Shown here in pieces: positions 1 through 5,982 of a stretch of 10,295 nucleotides of DNA. The stretch comes from Calditrichaceae bacterium (GTDB taxonomy: Bacteria > Calditrichota > Calditrichia > Calditrichales > JBFXGD01): contig JBFXGD010000128.1 in NCBI GenBank assembly GCA_050178385.1, positions 1 through 10,295 on the forward strand, in the 5' to 3' direction. Numbering within the stretch: position 1 is the first letter of the stretch; each line of letters starts with the position of its first letter. A program made the translations under genes and the position numbers. The notes below the pieces were generated by a model, which was not told the origin of the DNA, searched no databases, and saw nothing but the letters and a program-made list of their open reading frames with translations.

Positions 1-495
1 CCGAATGTTCTGGGTAACGGTATCACCGAAGATATATATGATATTGTTTTTGTGGACTATAACACATTCGAACGGTCTAAAAGCCTGGATGTCGCGAAGG
101 AAGTCAGTGCCTTTAACTCAAAACTGATCGATGAAGAGCGGCCATATCTGCTTATCGGAGTCGGACGATGGGGTTCGCTGGACTCCTGGCTTGGCATTCC
201 GGTCAACTGGAGTCAAATATCGGGCGCGCATGCCATTGTAGAGACCAATTTCAAGGATTTTATGGTTACGCCATCACAGGGATCGCATTTTTTCCAGAAC
301 CTGACATCATTCATGATCGGTTATTTCACGGTGGACAGCTTTAAAAGTGAAGGATTTGTCGATTGGGACTGGCTGTTAAGTCAGAAAGTGCGTGAAAGTA
401 TGACCTATACGAGACATCTCAGATTTGCCAAACCGGTCATAATAAAAATGAACGGTCAGCAAAATGAAGGCGTTATTTTGAAACCGGAGAATTAA
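1..495 (+). CDS. PEP/pyruvate-binding domain-containing protein (PpsA/PPDK-like family often encoded beside gdh), C-terminal fragment, 5'-partial
   Basis: Frame 1 is open from base 1 (PNVLGNGITEDIYDIVFVDY...) to TAA at 493-495, so the GTG at 52 is not the true start. Motifs YLLIGVGRWGSLDSWLGIPVNWSQISGA and PSQGSHFFQNLTSF match the C-terminus I recall for this family. A GDH gene lies two genes downstream. Confidence 0.8.
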   Translation, partial: PNVLGNGITEDIYDIVFVDYNTFERSKSLDVAKEVSAFNSKLIDEERPYLLIGVGRWGSLDSWLGIPVNWSQISGAHAIVETNFKDFMVTPSQGSHFFQNLTSFMIGYFTVDSFKSEGFVDWDWLLSQKVRESMTYTRHLRFAKPVIIKMNGQQNEGVILKPEN

Positions 496-496
496 T

Positions 497-706
497 TTGA
501 AAAACAAAGAAGACAAAAAACCTGAAGGAGTTGTCAGGACAACCCGAATGGAGGAATGCCCGCACTGCGGCACTAAACTCAGCCCCTGGGAACAGGTTTT
601 ACTTAGCGTTGACAGGGTTTTGATGTGCAAGAACTGCTGGTACCGCATCATTTTGGATGTCTTTGGGGAAGATGAAACTTCGGATGATCAATTAAAGGAA
701 AAATAA
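497..706 (+). CDS. Small zinc-ribbon-like hypothetical protein (CxxC-x19-CxxC), 69 aa
   Basis: TTG start at 497 preceded by GGAGA (486-490). CPHC and CKNC pairs. Exactly fills the space between its neighbours with 1-nt gaps on each side. An alternative ATG start lies at 548. Confidence 0.75.
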   Translation: MKNKEDKKPEGVVRTTRMEECPHCGTKLSPWEQVLLSVDRVLMCKNCWYRIILDVFGEDETSDDQLKEK

Positions 707-707
707 T

Positions 708-1955
708 ATGGAATCGTACAATTCCTTTCATGTCGCCCAAAAACAGGTCGTCGAGGCGGCAAAGCTTTTAAATCTTGATGAAGCGACCGTACATCTGCTC
801 AAATGGCCGCAGCGTGAATTCTCATTTACGATTCCGGTCACCATGGACAACGGAAAAGTAAACATTTTTCATGCCTACCGTATTCAGTACAATTTCGCCC
901 GGGGTCCGGCAAAGGGGGGTATCCGTTATCATCCGGATGAAACCATCGATGTGATCCGGGCGCTCGCCTCCTGGATGACCTGGAAAACGGCCGTCGTCGA
1001 TCTGCCTCTCGGAGGCGCTAAGGGCGGCGTGGCCTGTAATCCAAAGTCCATGTCCGAGCGTGAACTTCAGAATCTTTCCAGGGCCTATATCCGCGCCGTG
1101 GCGGACTATATCGGCATCGACCGGGATATTCCGGCTCCGGATGTATATACCAATCCTCAAACCATGGCCTGGATGATGGATGAATATGAGACGATTATAA
1201 GAAAGCATCAGCCGGGAGTTCTCACGGATAAACCGGGGCCGATCGGCGGAACGGAAGGCCGCAGAGACGCAACAGCCCGTGGCGGAGTAATTACTGTGGG
1301 AGAAGCGTGCAAGACGCTGGGAGTCGATCCGACAGGGAAATACGCGATCCAGGGATTCGGAAATGCCGGTCAGAGAGCGGCTTTTCTGCATCAGGAATTA
1401 CTCGGCGGCGGGAAATTAGTGGCGGTATGTGACTCGCGCGGAGGCATTTACAATGATGACGGGCTCGATCCGCGTGAACTGGTTATGCATAAATTGAAAA
1501 CGGGAACGGTGCTGAATTTTCCGGGATCGAAACCCATCCCCCGTGATTCTGTTCTGGAGCTTGATGTGGATGTGCTATACCCTTCCGCGCTTGAAAACGC
1601 GATCTCCGGGACAAATGTAAACAATATCAAGGCACGGATTATTTGCGAGCTGGCAAACGGCCCCACTACTCCGGAAGCGGATATTATCCTTCATAAAAAA
1701 GGCATCCATGTTATCCCGGATATTCTCGCCAGCGCCGGGGGCGTCACTGTATCCTTCTTTGAAATGGTTCAGGATAGTTACTCATTCTTCTGGGACGAAG
1801 CAACCATTCACCGGCGGCTTGATGAAAAACTAACCAAAGCCTATCACACGGTCGAAAATACAATCCGGGAAAAGAAAGTCCACCCCAGATTAGCGGCGAT
1901 GGTTGTGGGTGTGGCCCGCGTTGCGGAGGCGTGTACTTTAAGAGGATGGGTTTGA
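708..1955 (+). CDS. gdhA: Glu/Leu/Phe/Val dehydrogenase family, glutamate dehydrogenase-like, 415 aa
   Basis: GPAKGGIRYHP, MTWK, GGAKGG, IPAPDVYT, ATARG, Rossmann motif IQGFGNAG, ELANGPTT and AGGVTVS. AAGGA RBS upstream. Confidence 0.93.
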   Translation: MESYNSFHVAQKQVVEAAKLLNLDEATVHLLKWPQREFSFTIPVTMDNGKVNIFHAYRIQYNFARGPAKGGIRYHPDETIDVIRALASWMTWKTAVVDLPLGGAKGGVACNPKSMSERELQNLSRAYIRAVADYIGIDRDIPAPDVYTNPQTMAWMMDEYETIIRKHQPGVLTDKPGPIGGTEGRRDATARGGVITVGEACKTLGVDPTGKYAIQGFGNAGQRAAFLHQELLGGGKLVAVCDSRGGIYNDDGLDPRELVMHKLKTGTVLNFPGSKPIPRDSVLELDVDVLYPSALENAISGTNVNNIKARIICELANGPTTPEADIILHKKGIHVIPDILASAGGVTVSFFEMVQDSYSFFWDEATIHRRLDEKLTKAYHTVENTIREKKVHPRLAAMVVGVARVAEACTLRGWV

Positions 1956-1964
1956 TCAGAAGTA

Positions 1965-2396
1965 TTATCGGGCGGATTTTATTCCGGTAAATTGAAATGT
2001 CAGCGAACGATTCCGCGGCCGGTTATCAAAATCTATCAGAATAATTTGCTGCCATGTACCCAGATCCAATTTACCATCCATAACGGGAACGATCAGCGAA
2101 GGCCCCATCAAAGCCGATCTCAAATGCGCGTATCCGTTACCGTCATGCCAGGTGTCATCATGATGATACTGTTTATTCATCGGTGCGATACGGTCAAGCA
2201 TCTCAGGCAGATCCTGTATCAATCCGGGTTCATATTCTATGGTACTGATAGCGGCTGTGGCTCCGGCAATAAAAATAAGCAGCTGCCCTTCCATAAAGCT
2301 GTTTTCACTTACAAACTCGCGCGCATGTTCAGTCAGATTGATAATGTCGTTAAATCCACGGGTTTTCATCCCGACTTTTTTTGTTTGGATCATCAT
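1965..2396 (-). CDS. yjbQ: YjbQ/UPF0047 family protein (secondary thiamine-phosphate synthase-like)
   Basis: YHHDDTWHDGNGYAHLRSALMGPS and LDLGTWQQIILIDFDNRPRNR motifs. Typical length of about 140 aa. Confidence 0.92.
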   Translation of the reverse strand: MMIQTKKVGMKTRGFNDIINLTEHAREFVSENSFMEGQLLIFIAGATAAISTIEYEPGLIQDLPEMLDRIAPMNKQYHHDDTWHDGNGYAHLRSALMGPSLIVPVMDGKLDLGTWQQIILIDFDNRPRNRSLTFQFTGIKSAR

Positions 2397-2437
2397 AATT
2401 TTATCTGAATTTCTCCTTTTGTTAATATCCGGTTAAC

Positions 2438-2466
2438 AAAAAAAGGGAGTTATCACACTCCCTTTT
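2438..2466 (-). terminator. Intrinsic terminator downstream of the receiver gene, possibly bidirectional
   Basis: Perfect 10-bp inverted repeat AAAAGGGAGT (2441-2450) / ACTCCCTTTT (2457-2466) with a 6-nt loop. A7 at 2438-2444 gives a U7 tail on the - strand. TTTTCATTT provides a weaker tail on the + strand. Confidence 0.85.
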
Positions 2467-2523
2467 CATTTATTGTTAAATTTGTTCAGAACTTAATCTT
2501 TATTCCGGCTGCCGGCGAATAAT

Positions 2524-3000
2524 TTAGTCGATGAGAGAAGCGAGAATAATACCCAGAATCAGCCAGATCGGAATGGAAATCAGTAAAGCCCAGATAATGC
2601 CGTTGGCTGTTTTTAAGGAATGCGTCAAACCTTTTTTCTCAAAAGCGCGGTTAATTTTCAGGCGGACTTCTTCAATGTGGAAAGGTTTGGTCAGATAATC
2701 ATAAGCGCCTTTTTTAATTGCTTCCACCGCGGTTTCGATGGTCGGATGCGCAGTTATCATCAGGAAAATTGTATTTTTGTTTAAAGCCCGGACTCTTTTC
2801 AGGAGTTCAATCCCATCCATCTGAGGCATATAAAGATCGGAAAGTATGACATCGACGGGCTGTTTTTTCAGGATTTCCAGCGCTTCTTTGCCGTTTGCCG
2901 CCACATAGGGGACGTAATCCATGCTCTTCAATACATTCTGAAGAGTATCCCGGACATCCTCTTCATCATCAACCACGAGAACCGTTCTGACTTGGCTCAT
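2524..3000 (-). CDS. Response regulator receiver protein with a C-terminal transmembrane helix and no output domain, 158 aa
   Basis: Intact receiver motifs: VLVVDDEE, ILSDLYMP (phospho-acceptor Asp), ITAH and YLTKPF. The last 25 aa are hydrophobic (GIIWALLISIPIWLILGIILASLID). RBS AGGAG lies 5 nt before the ATG. Confidence 0.92.
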   Translation of the reverse strand: MSQVRTVLVVDDEEDVRDTLQNVLKSMDYVPYVAANGKEALEILKKQPVDVILSDLYMPQMDGIELLKRVRALNKNTIFLMITAHPTIETAVEAIKKGAYDYLTKPFHIEEVRLKINRAFEKKGLTHSLKTANGIIWALLISIPIWLILGIILASLID

Positions 3001-3031
3001 ATCATCTCCTCATTTACTTCCATAGAAATAA

Positions 3032-3060
3032 TCATCGGCAACCTTGCGAAAGATATTTAG
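3032..3060 (-). promoter_or_regulatory. Candidate sigma28 (FliA/SigD-type) promoter for the receiver gene
   Basis: The - strand reads CTAAA-N16-GCCGATGA, against the consensus TAAA-N15-GCCGATAA/T. It is in the correct orientation, with the -10 element ending about 30 nt upstream of the ATG. Confidence 0.5.
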
Positions 3061-3101
3061 AAACGTAATCAATTTATGCGCAATTTTGAATAAGAACAAA
3101 T

Positions 3102-3929
3102 CTATTCTAAAATAGATCTAAAATTTGTCCAACTGAACTCATCAAGCAGTTCGGCGAGTTTTTTACTGTTATTATTAATATTGTAGTAATGACGCCAGGT
3201 CTGAATTGAGCCCAGATTGAGTCTTTTCTGATGGATATCAAATTCCCAAGGATGAATAAACATGATGACCGGCGCATTTTCCCTGTTCATTCTTTTTATG
3301 GCGTACCGGGTAAACCAGTTAGGCAGAATCCTTAGATAACCTCCACCTCCGAATGGTATATTTACGCCAAATAATTTAAGCGTCGGCATCGGAAATTCCA
3401 TTAATTTTCTGCCGTTTTTTTCAATGGCTGTGTAAGGAAATCTGGGAGCATCCGCCACCCCGTACCTGTCATGCCAGATCGGGTAAACGGAAGAGTCATA
3501 TTTTATCCCCAGTTCCAACATAATTTCCCATGCCCAGAACGTATCCTTAACCACTGAGAAGGTCGGCGCCCTGAATCCGACAATTTTCTGCCCGGATAAA
3601 TCTTCCAGAATGCTAATCGACTCTTTCAGATCCTGCCTGAATTCATCCGGAGTAAGTTTTGTCAGCATCCGGTGACTATTTCCATGACTGGCTATTTCGT
3701 GTCCCGCGGCTGCTATTTTTTTGATCATTTGCGGATTGTGTTTCGCGACCCACCCCAGAGTAAAAAAAGTGGCTTTTAAATCTTTTTCTGCGAACAGATC
3801 CAGCAGCATATCAATATTTTTTGCCACGCGCTGCGGCTGCTCCTCCCAGGCACTCCGTTTAAAGCGATGCTGCAACGCTTCCGGATGATACCAATCTTCA
3901 ACATCAACAGATAAAATATTATGCACCAT
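3102..3929 (-). CDS. Polysaccharide deacetylase, XrtA/PEP-CTERM-system-associated type (NodB/CE4 + DUF3473)
   Basis: LSVDVEDWY, ATFFTLGWVA, GHEIASHG..H, GFRAPTFS, YDSSVYP, GGGGYLR and HPWEFD motifs. About 275 aa with no signal peptide. Confidence 0.9.
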   Translation of the reverse strand: MVHNILSVDVEDWYHPEALQHRFKRSAWEEQPQRVAKNIDMLLDLFAEKDLKATFFTLGWVAKHNPQMIKKIAAAGHEIASHGNSHRMLTKLTPDEFRQDLKESISILEDLSGQKIVGFRAPTFSVVKDTFWAWEIMLELGIKYDSSVYPIWHDRYGVADAPRFPYTAIEKNGRKLMEFPMPTLKLFGVNIPFGGGGYLRILPNWFTRYAIKRMNRENAPVIMFIHPWEFDIHQKRLNLGSIQTWRHYYNINNNSKKLAELLDEFSWTNFRSILE

Positions 3930-3983
3930 GAGGTAAAAATCCGATCAGTATTAATTCATTCGATACAAGTTAAACCCAAAATA

Positions 3984-4709
3984 CTACATTTTCACTAATT
4001 TTTTATATTCGGTGGGAGAAATTCCGTTCCTTTTTTTGAAGGAGCGGCTGAAGCTGGACAACTCACTGTAACCGAGGAGTCTTGATATATTTTTGGCGGG
4101 TAAATTTACTTTCTCTAAGATGATCTCTTCATAATAATTTAAGACATTCTGCATAAATTTTCTAAAGGACTGACCGGTTTCTCTTTTAAATTCCTGACTA
4201 AAGTAACCGGCGCTGATATTTAGATATTTTGCGATTCTACCGATATTGCAATCGGTAATCCTCGCGCTTTCTAAAAACAGCAGCGCTTTTTTCATTCTGG
4301 GCGAAAGCGTTTCAATCTCAATATCAAACTGCTCATACGGTATTTTACGCCAATAATTCTGAAGCAATTCATCCAATAATGCCAGAAGATTTTTTTGCCG
4401 GTTCTGTCCGACCACAATTTTGAGTTCGTTTGCTTCACTTACATCTTTTAAGTCCGATAAAATCAGGGAATGATTGTACAATATCAATGCAAGGTCAGGT
4501 ATATATTCCTGCAATCGTTTAATCTGTCCCAGAATATCATTATTTAGTTCCGATACCAGTATGAACAAGAAATTAGATGAAGAATTTTTAATGTTGAGAT
4601 CATCTAACGATGTAGTCGGAATAATGCTGATATCCGGATTTCCGACAAATATTTGGTCGCATTCCTGTCTTATCTGGTCATCCCTGGTTAAGAGAATACC
4701 ATTGTACAT
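3984..4709 (-). CDS. AraC/XylS-family transcriptional regulator with a divergent N-terminal domain
   Basis: C-terminal double HTH: IAKYLNISAGYFSQEFKRETGQSF ... ISRLLGYSELSSFSRSFKKRNGISPTEYKK. AAGGA RBS at 4720-4724. Confidence 0.9.
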   Translation of the reverse strand: MYNGILLTRDDQIRQECDQIFVGNPDISIIPTTSLDDLNIKNSSSNFLFILVSELNNDILGQIKRLQEYIPDLALILYNHSLILSDLKDVSEANELKIVVGQNRQKNLLALLDELLQNYWRKIPYEQFDIEIETLSPRMKKALLFLESARITDCNIGRIAKYLNISAGYFSQEFKRETGQSFRKFMQNVLNYYEEIILEKVNLPAKNISRLLGYSELSSFSRSFKKRNGISPTEYKKLVKM

Positions 4710-4740
4710 ATTTCATTTATCCTTGTTAACGGATAATGTC

Positions 4741-4832
4741 GATTAAATGATTTAGTAGTTATTGTATATTAGACATGAATGAAAGCGGTGATTGTGACCT
4801 ATGCAACTATTTTATAATAGATTAAATGATTT
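4741..4832. repeat. 13-bp direct repeat GATTAAATGATTT, two copies, upstream of the AraC gene
   Basis: Identical copies at 4741-4753 and 4820-4832, 79 bp apart, in the 127-bp intergenic region. Confidence 0.7.
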
Positions 4833-4836
4833 TTTT

Positions 4837-5982
4837 TTACAAGATGATGATAATTTTTCCCGAATTTATTTTTTCATTATTCTGATTTTTGATAATATAA
4901 AGATATACCCCTGATTTTACATGGCTTCCTGAATCATTTCTAAGCTCCCACCTGAAAAATGAATCAACCCGCTGGCTTTTAAAAACAGGCTCACCCAACA
5001 GGTTATAAATGGATATTTGCGATCTCTCCGGAAGATTGGCAAAAAAGATTCCGTCAATTTCAGAGCGTTCTGATTTCCTGTAAGGAATGGGAAATACATT
5101 AATGGCGCTTGTCACACCGGTCGTAAAGGTTAAATTAGCTGAATAACTGATCTGCCCGTTTACATCTTCTGAAACGATACGGTATGAATATGTTGAATTT
5201 TCCCGCAACCCCGGCAGAACCTGAGCGTGCTCGGTCATATATTTTGAGTCTTCCGCTGTCTGGTCGCTATAATTCCCTTCTAATCCGTATTCTACATAGT
5301 CTTTGGTGGATTGCAGGGTGTTCCATTTTATCTCAATGTTGGTACCCGCGCCGAAATGACTGGTTTGAATCGCGTAAGCAATCGTTCCGTTTGTAATTGG
5401 ATTGGCTTCAACCGAAATCTCCGCCCGGTCAAAAAAATCATCCGGATCCGTCACCCGGAACGTCAGAGTCTCCGTGCCTGACCAGTCCGACGGAGTAGCT
5501 ATGGTTACACTCCGGCTGGTCTGATTAATCGTTACATTTAATCGGTTTGCACCGGTGACGCTCCATGTCAGCTGATTATCCGGATTATCGGGATCATTGA
5601 CCAGGGGGTCCAATAAAATGGTATTCAGGGAATCGGCCGGAATAAATCGTCTGGGCGATACACCCGAAATTTCGGGAATGGCCGCGCTAACCTGCACAGA
5701 ATAATCGCTTAAATTGGATGAATAATCCATAGCTCTAACGCGGTAATAATAGATCACACCCTTCATAATTTCATCATCCACATAAAATGTGTCCGGATGC
5801 ATTACATTGTCTATCTGACTGGTAGGGGAAGGAGACGCGCCGCGGTAAACCCTGTAAAGATAAACATCGGGTTCTGTATTTTTGTCCCAGATGAGTCTCC
5901 ATGAATCCGTCTGCGCCCGCAGTGGAACCACATTCAGACAAAGTACCGCCAGCAAACAAAATTTCATTGTTTTATTTGACAT
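4837..5982 (-). CDS. Secreted FN3/Ig-like multidomain protein with a T9SS-like C-terminal sorting domain
   Basis: The start is more likely ATG 5982 (GAGGC 8 nt upstream) than 6024. Signal peptide MSNKTMKFCLLAVLCLNVVPLRA|Q. FN3 domain (WDKNTEPDVYLYRVYRG...YYYRVRAMD), Ig/cadherin-like domain (DPDNPDNQLTW...TFRVTDPD) and a purple-acid-phosphatase-N-type FN3 domain (VEYG...GLRENSTYSYRI). CTD: VFPIPY...FANLP..IYNLLGE...SGVYLY...GKIIIIL. Confidence 0.82.
   Translation of the reverse strand: MSNKTMKFCLLAVLCLNVVPLRAQTDSWRLIWDKNTEPDVYLYRVYRGASPSPTSQIDNVMHPDTFYVDDEIMKGVIYYYRVRAMDYSSNLSDYSVQVSAAIPEISGVSPRRFIPADSLNTILLDPLVNDPDNPDNQLTWSVTGANRLNVTINQTSRSVTIATPSDWSGTETLTFRVTDPDDFFDRAEISVEANPITNGTIAYAIQTSHFGAGTNIEIKWNTLQSTKDYVEYGLEGNYSDQTAEDSKYMTEHAQVLPGLRENSTYSYRIVSEDVNGQISYSANLTFTTGVTSAINVFPIPYRKSERSEIDGIFFANLPERSQISIYNLLGEPVFKSQRVDSFFRWELRNDSGSHVKSGVYLYIIKNQNNEKINSGKIIIIL

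Noticed and set aside
497..706. Zn-ribbon protein as a LysW-type amino-group carrier (ATP-grasp-like and glutamate enzyme neighbours)
   Set aside because: It lacks the C-terminal EDWGE motif and ends in LKEK.
376..2436. Alternative ORFs 376-651(-), 822-1391(-), 1448-1666(-), 1992-2408(+) and 2239-2436(+)
   Set aside because: Antisense shadows of well-supported genes with no recognisable motifs.
4830..4838. T9 run as a terminator or phase-variable tract
   Set aside because: No adjacent hairpin. It reads as an A-run on the transcribed strand and lies at and after the stop codon.
3984..4920. AT-rich AraC region versus GC-richer gdh (16/60 G+C at 4081-4140 versus 39/60 at 961-1020) as a genomic island
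   Set aside because: These are hand-picked lines. There is no integrase, IS, tRNA or sharp boundary, and expression-related codon bias could explain the difference.
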